DNA of 64,000 nt from Polyangiaceae bacterium (GTDB lineage Bacteria; Myxococcota_A; Polyangia; Polyangiales; Polyangiaceae), in assembly GCA_044376115.1 (NCBI GenBank), contig JBILLK010000013.1, positions 32,001 to 96,000 on the forward strand, in the 5' to 3' direction. Position 1 is the stretch's first letter. Every line of letters starts with the position of its first letter. Positions 29,074 through 39,145 of this stretch are shown in pieces. The notes under the pieces are model-generated. The model saw only the letters and a list, made by a program, of their open reading frames with translations, ran no database searches and was not told the DNA's origin. Made by a program: the position numbers and the translations under genes.

Positions 29074-31164
29074 ATGGCCGTCGAGACTGCATCGAGCTGG
29101 CTAGTCGAAGCCGCGTCCCGGTACCATTCGCGACCCGTGCTCCATCCCAAGGTCACGCTCGCTACAGGACCGATCTACGATCTCGCCGAACTCCGGGACG
29201 GCAGCATCGCGTGCATGACCCCGAGCGGCATCGAGCTTTTCGATCGCTCACTCGCGCCGGAGGGCATCTCTCCATGTGACGCGATCGGGGACATCCTCGA
29301 ACTGCCCGACGGACGCTTGCTCGTGGGTGGCAAGGACCAACTGTCGTTTCAGGTCGGTCGGCGCGGCGAGCCGCTCGTGAAGGTCGAGTCCTCCGACGAT
29401 CTCAGCCTGTTCAGCCGGTTCGTCCCGACCGAGCGTGGCTTCCTCGCGCTCGCGTTCAACGGCTTCGTCGTCGACGAGGGAGGCGCGCGGCGCATCGTCC
29501 GGCTCGATGGCTTCGGGCACTACCACGGCGGCGTGCCGTGGCGTGGTGGTGCGGCGCTGTTCGCCTTCGAGGGCATCGCGCTGGTCGGCCCCGACGGCGT
29601 GGAGATCGCGCGGACGACCGAGCGGTCGCCGAGCTACCCGTGCGCCTGTGCCGACATGCTCGTGGCGGTCGACAGCCGCGGCGTCGTCGTCCTCGATGCC
29701 GAGCTCAAGATCATCGCGACGATCGATGCTCGCGTGACCTCCGGCGATGATCTCGTCGCGTTTCGCGAGGGGTTCGTGATCCGCAGCTACGACGAGGAGA
29801 CCAACGTCACCACGTTCCAGCACTGGTGTCGCGAGGGCGCGGAGGTGGTCGAACAGTGGTCGGTCCAAAAGCCTGGGCTGCTCGCGGCGCCCTGCGTCGT
29901 GGGCGACCGCGTCGTCCTCGTCCACTACGACGGCGGTGTCTGGATCGTCGATCGCGACGGCGAGGAGCTGGGTCACGTCCCGACGAAGAAGTACTGCGGC
30001 GCGGTGGCCGCATTTGGAGACGGCATCGCGATCTCGGAGCGCGAGGCGTTCGGTGTCGCGTGGTGGCGGCCCGATGGCTCGACGGAGCTGCTCGAGCACG
30101 ACAGCGCACCCGAACGGATGCGGACCCTCTCCGACGGTCGGCTCCTCACCAGCGATGCGCATGCCCTGCTGCTGTGGGACGCCGCGAGCTCGGCACCGGA
30201 GCGTGCCCGCGTCGCGTGTTCGCTGCCACGCGAGGTGCCGCTGCTCGTCGACGGAGCGCTCCTGCGCGTGGTCGGTCCCGGGTTCTTCGGCATCCGGACC
30301 ACGACCCTGACCGGGCAAGCGAGGTTGATCACGGCGGACGCGGAGTGGCGACTACCGATCGAACGCGACGAGGCCTCGACGATCATGCAGGCGCTTGCGG
30401 CCCGCAGCTACGAGGGCACGCCGCCCGGCTACGACGAGCTCGCGTTCGCGCTCGGCACGACGGCGCGCCAGCTTTCGGCCGCCGTCCGCGCACGCAAGAG
30501 CGTCCTCGTGCCGCCACGGCCGCTGCCGGGCTACGAGTATCTGGGCTCGTTCGCGTCGTCGGGCGACCTCACGGTGAGCGACCCCTGTTACCTCGGCAAA
30601 CGGGCGAACCCGGCGCTCGGGTTCTCGCTGTCGAAGAAGGTCGTCGGGCACGACGGCCTGTGGCACGTGTTCGTGCGCGTCGATCCGGACGATCCTCGCT
30701 ACAACGCCGAGCTTTTGACCATCCACACGAACGGCTTCGATACGGTGGCAAGCGAAGGCATCGCCAATCTCGGAGTCGACGCTGGGCTGATGGGCGTGTT
30801 CGACAGCAAGTGCCCCAAGCCCGACCTCGACAGCCAGACCGAGGAGGGCACCTTCGCGGGTCAAGGTGCGATCGTGAGCAGCAACGGCGACGGGATCTAC
30901 CCCGTGTTCGTCGGTACGCACCAGGGCAAGGTCGCGAAGATCCGCGTCCACTTCATGGGTGACGACGCCGAGCTCGATCGCTCGGTCCTGTCGAAGCCGC
31001 GCGAGGCAGCGACCGCGTACAGCCCGAAGACGACCTACGCCGCGGGCGACGCGATCGCCCACCCGAAGTTCGGCACCGGCACCGTCGTTCGCCTCGGCAC
31101 CGATGGCAAGATCGACGTCAACTTCCCGGATGGCATCAAGACGCTCGTCCACGCGCGGACGTAG
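29074..31164 (+). CDS. Multidomain hypothetical protein: beta-propeller-like, DUF4241-like, C-terminal tudor/DUF3553-like
   Basis: SG.L.VSDPCY, GVDAG.MGVFD, GDG.YPV; Y..GD.I.HPKFG.G.V. Confidence 0.7.
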   Translation: MAVETASSWLVEAASRYHSRPVLHPKVTLATGPIYDLAELRDGSIACMTPSGIELFDRSLAPEGISPCDAIGDILELPDGRLLVGGKDQLSFQVGRRGEPLVKVESSDDLSLFSRFVPTERGFLALAFNGFVVDEGGARRIVRLDGFGHYHGGVPWRGGAALFAFEGIALVGPDGVEIARTTERSPSYPCACADMLVAVDSRGVVVLDAELKIIATIDARVTSGDDLVAFREGFVIRSYDEETNVTTFQHWCREGAEVVEQWSVQKPGLLAAPCVVGDRVVLVHYDGGVWIVDRDGEELGHVPTKKYCGAVAAFGDGIAISEREAFGVAWWRPDGSTELLEHDSAPERMRTLSDGRLLTSDAHALLLWDAASSAPERARVACSLPREVPLLVDGALLRVVGPGFFGIRTTTLTGQARLITADAEWRLPIERDEASTIMQALAARSYEGTPPGYDELAFALGTTARQLSAAVRARKSVLVPPRPLPGYEYLGSFASSGDLTVSDPCYLGKRANPALGFSLSKKVVGHDGLWHVFVRVDPDDPRYNAELLTIHTNGFDTVASEGIANLGVDAGLMGVFDSKCPKPDLDSQTEEGTFAGQGAIVSSNGDGIYPVFVGTHQGKVAKIRVHFMGDDAELDRSVLSKPREAATAYSPKTTYAAGDAIAHPKFGTGTVVRLGTDGKIDVNFPDGIKTLVHART

Positions 31165-31260
31165 CTGCGCCTAAGCACGCCGTCAGCGTCAAACAGCTTG
31201 TTTGGCGGCACGTTAGCGAAGACTCTTTGAGTTCGACCTCTGCAGCCGGATGAAACCGGT

Positions 31261-31485
31261 CTAGCGGGCACGCAGACGCTGTTCGAGTCGGGCGAAGACT
31301 TCCTCACCGGGGACTGGTTGGACGCGACCAGAGTCGACGTCGTCGACGCGGCGTTGGATCTCTTCTTCCCACTCTTGCCCTAGATCGAAGCCGTCCAAAC
31401 TGGCCGCGATGGCTTCGACCAAATCAGCGCGCTCGCGAGGTGGCAGCTCAAGGGCGGCTTCGAGGACTAGGTTGGGTTCGACCAT
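31261..31485 (-). CDS. Addiction-module antitoxin component (TIGR02574-like), orphan
   Basis: AL.LP..ERA.LV..I..SL, W.EEI.RR..D...G.V..VP.EEV. Confidence 0.85.
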   Translation of the reverse strand: MVEPNLVLEAALELPPRERADLVEAIAASLDGFDLGQEWEEEIQRRVDDVDSGRVQPVPGEEVFARLEQRLRAR

Positions 31486-31692
31486 CGAGCGGAATCTAGC
31501 AGGATGAGAGGATGCAGGCACGCTGCGCGCTCGATCTTGGCCCTGATCGAGGGCTCGCTGCTCGCGGTCCCGCCCTCGCCGCGCTCTCCAGATGGCGACC
31601 GTCCGCGCGTGCACCAAGTCTTGCCCGACGGTGCGAGCCTCGTCGCAGCGGCTCTTTGGTCTGCTTCGGATGCGGCGCTCGCGAGCCCGAGC

Positions 31693-31900
31693 GCCCCTTG
31701 TGCCCGAGATAGAATATCTCGAGCACAATGGGCAGGTGCGCAGGCGTCCTCCGGGGCTAGCTGCGCGTTCACGTAGCCACAGCACCCTGTTTTTACGCGC
31801 CTTCTGAGCGGCCCGCCGCGCAATGCACGGCCAACCGGAGCTTGTACTCCGCAAGTTCCGCCCATTCGCCCTGAGATAGATCATCTAAGCCACAATGGGC
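31693..31900 (+). repeat. Family B double-hairpin element
   Basis: Terminal ~41-nt hairpins; diverged interior. Confidence 0.85.
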
Positions 31901-32106
31901 GGACTTGCCCGTTCAGGAGGTGGCAGCTCAACGGCGGCTTCGAGGACTAGGTTGGGTTCGACCGCGAGAACGAGTCCGAACGACGCCATGGGCGACCGTC
32001 CGCGCTCCGTCCGCGCTCCGTCCGCGCAGCTCGGCGAGATCGGCGAGACGCCGACCTCGCCCGGGGACCATCGACAGCAGGCTGGCTTCAGGCGCAAGCT
32101 GAACGC

Positions 32107-33771
32107 GTGAGATCGCTCGGCCTCCTGCTTCTCCTCGCGGCGTGCTCCGGCGCCGACGTCGGCTCGCGCACGGCACCGTCCGGTGTCGACGCCTCTTCCC
32201 CCAAAGCGTCGCAGACCTCGACGCCAACCGCGCAGACCTCGACGCCAACCACCGCGCCAACCCCAAGCGATGACCGCTCCGGCGCCGGGCCTTCCTCCCT
32301 GGCGGCGGGCTGCCCAAGCCAGCCCGTGGCCGCGTGCACGGCGCTTCGCTCGACCAAGGAGCAGGGCGAGGCGCAGGCCCGCATCGACGCGGCGCAGAAG
32401 GCGGTCGTGGACTCGCAGTTCTCCGACGTCGCCGCGCTGGTCGAGCTCGCCAGGCTCCAGCTGCGTCGCGACGGAGCCAGCGCGGACGCAGAGGGTCCGA
32501 GTGACGCAGCTCGGGCGAAGAAGAACGCGATGCGCGCCGTCGCGGTGGACCCGAACCTGCCTGCTGCGCGGCTCGTCCTCGCCCTCTCCCTCGCGCGCTC
32601 GCTCCGCGACCTGCCCGCCGAGCGTTCGCGCGGCTCGATCTTGGCCCTGATCGAGGTCTCGCTGCTCGCGGTCCCTCCCTCGTCCGGCTCCGTGGGCGCC
32701 GCCGTCGCCTCGCTCCGTGGGCTCATCGCGCTCGAGCGCGGAGACGTCGGAGCCGCCAAGCGCAGCTTCGAGGAGGCGACGAGGCTCGACGCGAGCCTGC
32801 CATCCGGGTGGCTCGGACTCGGCAACGCGGCACGTGCAGCGGGCTCCTTCGACGAGGCGGTGAGCCATTACGAGCGCGCGGGCGCGCTGGCCGCTGGGGA
32901 TCCCGAGGTCGCGGCCAGCCTCGCCGCGGCGAAGAAGAAGGAGGCCCTTGTCGTCTCGGCGCTGCCCTCGACGAAGCCGCTTTCCAGGAGCACGCTGCTC
33001 GTTCCGGCGCCGTTGGAGCCGCCGCGCTGCGAGGCGAAGAGCTACGCGATCCGGGGGCAAGCCGAGCTCTGCGGGGCGCGCGACGCCCTCGCTCGCGCGC
33101 AAGGCAAGGCGATCGACGAAGCGAGTCGGAACGTGATCGAGGCGATTCGCCCCGTCGAGGAGGCGTGCCGCGCCGCACGACCAGAGTGTGGTTCTCAGGT
33201 TGCCGCGGCCTACCTCGCCGCCGCGCACGGGTTCCGAACGGCGGGAGCCTTCTCGAAGTCGGTCGCGACCCTGCGGCTCCTCGTGGGTCGCGAGGCGAGC
33301 CTCCCCGGAGCGGAGGGCGCGGTCACCACCGCCCTCGCCGAGCTCGGCGACGCTTACTTCTCGCTCGGAATTTTCGACGAGGCGGCCGCCTTCTACGAGA
33401 GGTACGCCCAGCGAAGTGGCGCCCTCACGCTCGAGGCGACGAGCCGCGCTCTCCAGGTGAGGGTCGGCCTCGGCCAGACCGCTCAGGCAGAGGCGCTCGC
33501 GCGCGCGCTCGTCCGGATCGGGAAGGACCCCACGACGGCAGCAGACGGTCTGCTCGCGGTCGCCGGGCGACTGCTCGACGAAGGAAGGACCAAGGAGGCC
33601 GGGGCCTTGCTGTCGGAGCACCGGACCACGCTGGAGAAGGCCAAGGCCACGGCTCGCGCCGACGCCCTGCTTAGCGCGCCACCAAGCTCAGCCTGTGGGC
33701 CGCTCTTCGGCTGCGGTGCGCTCCGCCTCGCGGGAGAGGAGCGCTGGTCGGCTGGGGCGCGCAAGCCGTGA
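32107..33771 (+). CDS. TPR-repeat lipoprotein
   Basis: LLLLAAC lipobox; TPR-like A...F..A..LD...W.GLG motifs. Confidence 0.8.
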   Translation: MRSLGLLLLLAACSGADVGSRTAPSGVDASSPKASQTSTPTAQTSTPTTAPTPSDDRSGAGPSSLAAGCPSQPVAACTALRSTKEQGEAQARIDAAQKAVVDSQFSDVAALVELARLQLRRDGASADAEGPSDAARAKKNAMRAVAVDPNLPAARLVLALSLARSLRDLPAERSRGSILALIEVSLLAVPPSSGSVGAAVASLRGLIALERGDVGAAKRSFEEATRLDASLPSGWLGLGNAARAAGSFDEAVSHYERAGALAAGDPEVAASLAAAKKKEALVVSALPSTKPLSRSTLLVPAPLEPPRCEAKSYAIRGQAELCGARDALARAQGKAIDEASRNVIEAIRPVEEACRAARPECGSQVAAAYLAAAHGFRTAGAFSKSVATLRLLVGREASLPGAEGAVTTALAELGDAYFSLGIFDEAAAFYERYAQRSGALTLEATSRALQVRVGLGQTAQAEALARALVRIGKDPTTAADGLLAVAGRLLDEGRTKEAGALLSEHRTTLEKAKATARADALLSAPPSSACGPLFGCGALRLAGEERWSAGARKP

Positions 33772-34122
33772 GACGGGGTCGCGATCGCTTCGATTCCAGG
33801 ATCGGAGAACTCCTCGAGCGGGACCTCGATGCGAGTTCGACGCCGAACGTCCAGTTGGGTAGGGCCTCCGCGCCGACAGGTGCTTGCATCGCACTGGCCC
33901 GGGGGCGCACACGGCGTTCGCTATGCGACTTTTCTGCGCGCTAACCGCCCGCCCGGGACGACCGCGGGATATGGGACGATGGCAAGGCCGGTCGAGCGCG
34001 ATGGTCAAATCGAGGGCGATCGCTGCGGCGACGGAACCCTGTGCGGGCCAGCGCTCTCGCGTGGTTTGTGACGACGCAGCGTCTCCTACCGCCTTCGAGC
34101 CCTCGCCTGGCGACAGCCCTGG

Positions 34123-34221
34123 GGATGGGACCTCGAATTGGACGTTTTGTTGAGAAAGGGCGCCGATCGCACGGGGATGGGCGGCTGAATTCAACAAAAC
34201 GTCCAATTCGAGGTCCCATCC
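34123..34221. repeat. Perfect 31-bp inverted repeat with 37-nt loop
   Basis: GGATGGGACCTCGAATTGGACGTTTTGTTGA (34123-34153) and its exact reverse complement (34191-34221). Confidence 0.92.
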
Positions 34222-34350
34222 AGTGCGCAGAACGGGATGTGCAGCTCGCTGAACCAAGCTGTGAGTGAGCGCTGATCATGCCGATCCGCACCGACCGCTT
34301 CGGCCTCGCCGTAGAAGCGCAGCCGCGTCATCGACGTCGGGAGCTCTCGA

Positions 34351-34887
34351 CTACTTCAACGGCGGTGGGCACGGCACCGCGACGTCCGGAGGCGGCGGGT
34401 TTCCGTACAAGCGTCGATGCGCGCAGGCGCCAGTCTTGTCGTCTTTCACCCAAATCGTGCCGGGCGGAATCGCGTTGAAGGCCCGATCCTCGAACTCTTT
34501 CGGACAGGCGATTTCCTGGTTAGCGACCCAACGTTCTCCGGACATCAGGTCCTTCGGGCGCGGACCATTGCGCGGAACCTCAACGTAACAAACGTCGTCC
34601 GCGCGCAGGATCGGGCGCCCCTGAGCGTCATGCGGGTGCCCACGCCGCTTCGAGCCGTCTGCAGCCGGGCTCGCCGCAGCGCTCGCCGCGGGCCCCGAGG
34701 AATCAGGCGCACCGCTCGCGGCGCCGCTAGCCGCAGGGACTGCGGAGTTGGGAGCCTCGGGCTCAGGAAGCACCGACCCGATCACGCGCGGAGGGTTTGC
34801 GATCAGTTCGGTCTTCGGCGGCTGAGCTTCGCCGCAGCTCACCATGCACCCCGTGACAACGAACGCCGGCCTCAGGAATCGTCGCAT
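34351..34887 (-). CDS. Hypothetical lipoprotein
   Basis: RPAFVVT...SC signal, NPP motifs, Cys-containing C-domain. Confidence 0.7.
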   Translation of the reverse strand: MRRFLRPAFVVTGCMVSCGEAQPPKTELIANPPRVIGSVLPEPEAPNSAVPAASGAASGAPDSSGPAASAAASPAADGSKRRGHPHDAQGRPILRADDVCYVEVPRNGPRPKDLMSGERWVANQEIACPKEFEDRAFNAIPPGTIWVKDDKTGACAHRRLYGNPPPPDVAVPCPPPLK

Positions 34888-35095
34888 CGAGACAGCCTAG
34901 CTGTCATTGCTGCCCGGGGCGCGCGTCGAGTGGCCGAAAGACCATGGTCTCGTCCAGGCACTCCGAATCCGTCGCAAAGAGCAGCTCAACGTCGACGATT
35001 CGGTCGAGCGCGGTCGGGCTCTGCGGCGTAAAGAACCGTCGAACGCGTTGCCAGTAGCTCATGGTCCAATCCGCGCGCGTGCCTAGTGACTGGGC

Positions 35096-35302
35096 GCCCC
35101 TTGTGCCCGAGATAGTCTATCTCAGGCACATTGGGCAGCTCCGAACCCGACTCTGCGGGTCAACTTCGATGCGCGCAGCTAACGCAATCGACTCATACCC
35201 ACTTATTGGCTCGTACGGCGCGTGCTGTGCGGGCCGGACGGCGCTGCTGCCGCGAGCAATGCGCCCATTCGACCTGAGATAAATTATCTAAGCCACAATG
35301 GG
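35096..35302 (+). repeat. Family B double-hairpin element
   Basis: GCCCCTTGTGCCCGAGATAGTCTATCTCAGGCACA...GCCCATTCGACCTGAGATAAATTATCTAAGCCACAATGGG. Confidence 0.9.
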
Positions 35303-35416
35303 AGCTGCGAGCCTCATGGCGTGAGTACTGCGACAAACCCGTCTTGATTGCCCGTGTTGTGGCTCACGATCGGGCCTCGACCAAAGTCGACGCGCTCCGC
35401 GTAGTCGGATTCGCGG

Positions 35417-36040
35417 TTAGCCGATGCTTGGCCCCTCGACGCAGCTGCGGCTCTCAATCGACTCGAACCAGCGAATCATCACTGCACCGGAGAATCTCGC
35501 CTCGTCGGCCTCCGGAATGAGGAGATCCATGTCGATCCGTTCGGCGCAGTCCTCCAGGGCACCGCTACCGATGCAGTCGCGCACAATCTCACGGGCCATC
35601 GCCTCGCCGACGAGCGCCTCGCACGCGGCCGGCGTCACCTGACCGTTGCGGAAGCACTCGCGCGCGTCGGCCGGTCCCTGGAGGAAGCCGGTTTCGCACA
35701 CGCACAGCTGGGCCCCGAGATCCGCGAGCGGGGTCGTACCCTCGGCGATCAGACCGACGAGGGTGAGCCCGAACGTCATCCCCTGTTGCTCCCACTCGAG
35801 ATCGAGCAGCTCGCCGTCGTAGATGGGCTCGGCGTAGTGCGGCTCGGTCACCTCGGCCAACTCGATCTGCACCTCGCCGGCGGTTTCGGAGCGGTAGGTG
35901 GTTACGCCGAGGATGTCGAGTGACTCGGGGGACACCGCCTCATTGCCGCCCGGGCAGTTGCCGCTGCAGCCAGAGGTCGCCGAAGCGCACACGATCAGGC
36001 TCGCAGCGACTGAGCACCTGAGGTCGCGAAGGTTCTTCAT
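35417..36040 (-). CDS. Hypothetical Cys-rich lipoprotein
   Basis: GGAGG RBS, ATSGC lipobox-like, acidic composition. Confidence 0.7.
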   Translation of the reverse strand: MKNLRDLRCSVAASLIVCASATSGCSGNCPGGNEAVSPESLDILGVTTYRSETAGEVQIELAEVTEPHYAEPIYDGELLDLEWEQQGMTFGLTLVGLIAEGTTPLADLGAQLCVCETGFLQGPADARECFRNGQVTPAACEALVGEAMAREIVRDCIGSGALEDCAERIDMDLLIPEADEARFSGAVMIRWFESIESRSCVEGPSIG

Positions 36041-36164
36041 GCCTCCGCCTGTAGCAAGCCGTGCACCGCCCGCGGCAGGAAAAGCGTCGATGGTTCGACG
36101 CTCGATGAAGCGGCAAGCCCTCGCGAGCGTCTCCCGAGCCCGCCCGACCGCGCGGTCGGTCACT

Positions 36165-37217
36165 TCACCGCGCCTTATCCCGCAACTCTGCCTCGGCGCG
36201 GCGAGACGGCCGATGGGCTGAGCTGAGGTGGTCTTCGGCGCGCTCGATGAAGAGCTCCGCCAACACGCGGGCGCGCGACGAGTCGTGTACGCCCGTCGCC
36301 CACTCGTACTCGTCCGCGGTGAGCAGCTTGATTGGCAACAGCCACGTGGGTCGGCCGAGAATCTCTGGCCCGTGTCGAACGCCGGCGCCGAGAACTCCGG
36401 TCGCGAACGGGAGGCCGAGCAGGCCGCCCATGAAGCCGTTCTCCGCGACGAGGTGCTGCAGCTCTCGGACGGGCAAGATCGCGTGGGTCGTGCATTCGTG
36501 GAGTTCGACCCTTGCCATCAAGTCGAACCTCTCAGCGACGATCCAGTCCGTCGCCGCCCACAACACGCGCGGCGCCCAGCTGCTGAGGATCGCTTCGACT
36601 CCAGGGTCGGAGAACTCCGCCAGCGGGACCTCGAGCGCGAGTTCGAAGCCGAACGTCCAGTCGGGTAGGTCATCGCCGTGAATGTCAGGATCCCATGGGT
36701 TCGACAGGCCATCGGTGACGAGGAGGACCGACTGCGCCTTGCGAACCAAGCGCTGGGTACCCCTCATCATCGTCGGCCACGGGATCATGTTGCCGTCGAC
36801 GAGTGCGGGCGTAGTGCGGCTGAGCACGCCGCTTTGTACTTCGCCCAAGCGTGCCAGCGACTGCTCGCGCGCCTCGTACAGGCGGTCGCAGAGGGCCTCG
36901 AGCGTGTCCGCGTCCACGTCTTCCAACTCCTCCGGGATGGGCACCTCGAGGCCTTGCGTTCGGATGCGCGTCGCGAGCTGCTCTGCTTCCTCAGGCTCGA
37001 GGTGCGGGAACCAGGCGGCGAGCGCCTCACACGCGAGCGTGTGGAGGCCCTCGACGTCCTCGACCTCGTGCGGCAAGTTCATCCCAAAGACCTGGCCTCC
37101 CTTACCCGACAGGGCCGCGCACGCGTCGGCGAGCTCGCCGACGGACCGTTTGTGCTCGCTGCGGTCAGGGTGGCTCTCGTTGATGCGGTCGCGGATCCAA
37201 AGCGTATGGCGGTTCAT
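36165..37217 (-). CDS. Suppressor-of-fused (SUFU)-like putative immunity protein
   Basis: LLVTDGLSNPWD...FGFELALE, W.P..L, I.LLT.DE. Confidence 0.65.
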   Translation of the reverse strand: MNRHTLWIRDRINESHPDRSEHKRSVGELADACAALSGKGGQVFGMNLPHEVEDVEGLHTLACEALAAWFPHLEPEEAEQLATRIRTQGLEVPIPEELEDVDADTLEALCDRLYEAREQSLARLGEVQSGVLSRTTPALVDGNMIPWPTMMRGTQRLVRKAQSVLLVTDGLSNPWDPDIHGDDLPDWTFGFELALEVPLAEFSDPGVEAILSSWAPRVLWAATDWIVAERFDLMARVELHECTTHAILPVRELQHLVAENGFMGGLLGLPFATGVLGAGVRHGPEILGRPTWLLPIKLLTADEYEWATGVHDSSRARVLAELFIERAEDHLSSAHRPSRRAEAELRDKAR

Positions 37218-37316
37218 TGGCTCTCGGTAGGTTTGTAGTCGAGAGCTTGGTCACGCTGAACCACAGTGGTTCATTGCCCACCAACGAACCTCGGCGGTTG
37301 ACCCCGCTGCCTGGGC

Positions 37317-37525
37317 GCCCGTTGTGCCCGAGATAGTCTATCTCAGGCGCAATGGGCAGGTCCGCACCCGACTCCGCGGTTCACCTTCGATGCGTGCGGC
37401 TGACGCAATCGACTCCCTACCCACGTATTGGCTCGTACGGCGAGCGTTGTGCGGGCCGGACGGCGCTGCTGCCGCGAGCAACGCGCCCATTCGACCTGAG
37501 ATAAACTATCGAAGCGACAATGGGC
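37317..37525 (+). repeat. Family B double-hairpin element
   Basis: High identity to 35096-35302 and 52306-52514. Confidence 0.9.
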
Positions 37526-37687
37526 GGACCCGCCGAGCGCGGGCGGCGAACGCTACGCCATCCCGGCACAGTGAGCCCCGTGGGTTCGCCCGGCGGAGCC
37601 GCTCGCGTGCTCGGCGCTGGAGATCAACGGTTGATTCGAACCGCACGTTCAGTGTTCTCGTGCGCAGGCTCATGCGAAAACGCGTCC

Positions 37688-38353
37688 ATGAAGCTGAGTG
37701 ACGCTCCCTCGCCGAGTCCGCCCGTTCGCTTGCGTTGTCTCCACGGCGAAGCCATGCCCCCCGAAGTTTTCCGGGATGCGCAGCGGCTAGCCAAGTTGAC
37801 CGACGGGGCGCTTGGCGCGATTGGCGGGCTGCTTGCGCCCCTCGTGCTCGAGCCCATGTCGAAGGAGCTCGCCGCGTCGCTCAGCCGGTTGTGTGTACGG
37901 CACGAGGTCGCCGAGGCCGATCTCGGCCATGTGCTCAAGGTCCTGCGCTATCTGTTCAAGGAGTCAGCGGCCTCCGACCTGGAGAAGGCTGGGTTCGAGG
38001 AGGACCTGCACACCATTTGGCCGGAGCCGCGCGCCCTCGGCGAAGCTGCACGAGCGAACTACGAGCTCATCAAGCGGGAACTGCGCAAGACGCTGCTGGA
38101 GGATGCGCTCGTGAAGCACGGCAACGTGCTCGTCGATGTCGATTGGCGCGTCGACTTCGTCGCCTCGGATCGCCAGAGCTCCAAGCTCATGCTGCCCCTA
38201 GCGTTGATTACGCTCCGCTACCGCGATGCCGAGCGCGAGTCGCGCTTGACGTTGCAGCTACTCCCCGAGCAACTCAAGCGCTTGGAACAGGTGTTTGGTG
38301 CGCTGTCGCAGCGGGTGTTGCGGCCAACGGGTGAGACCAAAGCGGCCGAGTAA
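37688..38353 (+). CDS. COMM-domain (COMMD-like) protein
   Basis: Helical N-domain, then LVDVDWRVDF..SD....L..P.ALI.L......LTLQL..EQL..L; 221 aa. Confidence 0.8.
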   Translation: MKLSDAPSPSPPVRLRCLHGEAMPPEVFRDAQRLAKLTDGALGAIGGLLAPLVLEPMSKELAASLSRLCVRHEVAEADLGHVLKVLRYLFKESAASDLEKAGFEEDLHTIWPEPRALGEAARANYELIKRELRKTLLEDALVKHGNVLVDVDWRVDFVASDRQSSKLMLPLALITLRYRDAERESRLTLQLLPEQLKRLEQVFGALSQRVLRPTGETKAAE

Positions 38354-38362
38354 GCGGTACGA

Positions 38363-38478
38363 GGCGCTCGGGCACGAGAGGGCGACCGACCAGGCCTTTC
38401 GATGCGCTGGTAGGCGCTCGGGCACAAGAGGGCGACCGACCAGGCCTTTCGATGCGCCTGGTAGGCGCTTGGGCACGA
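38363..38478 (+). repeat. Tandem repeat, ~49-50-bp unit, ~2.3 copies
   Basis: GGCGCTCGGGCAC.AGAGGGCGACCGACCAGGCCTTTCGATGCGC repeated. Confidence 0.85.
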
Positions 38479-38539
38479 AAGCCGGTGAGGCTACCGTGCC
38501 CCTTGTGTGAAGAAGCCCGTTGGCCCGGACACGCGAGGA

Positions 38540-39011
38540 CCTCCCCTCACCTCGGTTCCCGGCTCGGGGCGACATTCGGCGGGGCGATGGCTTATCGCAG
38601 GCCCCAATGTCGCTCGCCGCGCGTGGAGTTCCACCTCCTTAGGCGCGCAAGCGAAGTAACCCCTGGAGCTGCGACAACCCCCTCGACTTCGTTCGCATCC
38701 CGAGCGGCATTCGGCCTGCCGGACAGCGCCTAGCGCCAGCCCGGGCGCGGTCACCGCGTCCGGCATGCGGCTTTTTGCGGACTAATTGCCTATCGAGCAA
38801 GCCCGCTAACACGCTATTGCGCAGAAAGCGCGCCATTGAGCGCACTAACCCCCGGCGGCTAGCGCAGCTCCCCCGACTTACTTCGCATTGGGACGCATTG
38901 CGCACTAGGCACTCGCGGGCGCGTACTGCGCTGACGGCGGTTGCACGGCTCCCACACGCGCGGCCAGCGACATTGGGGCCTGCGATAAACCATCGCCCCG
39001 CCCAATGTCGC
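38540..39011. repeat. Composite C/D element: inverted pair of family C hairpins (38569-38613, 38967-39011) around D-type hairpins and an AT-richer core shared with 63020-63153
   Basis: Direct sequence comparison. Confidence 0.85.
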
Positions 39012-39145
39012 ACCGAGCATCGGCGTGCGATAGGCGCACGCCCTACGAGGACTGCGGATCGGTGCTCTAGAACGGTTAGAAAGGTGGCTGAGTGGTTTTC
39101 GTCGAGAGCGAGCGAGGTCGGTGGCGAGTCGCGCGGAGCGTACGC

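Noticed and set aside
35096..35302. Family B hairpins as dif/pdif XerCD sites
   Set aside because: No TTATGTTAAAT-like XerD arm; resemblance is only superficial.
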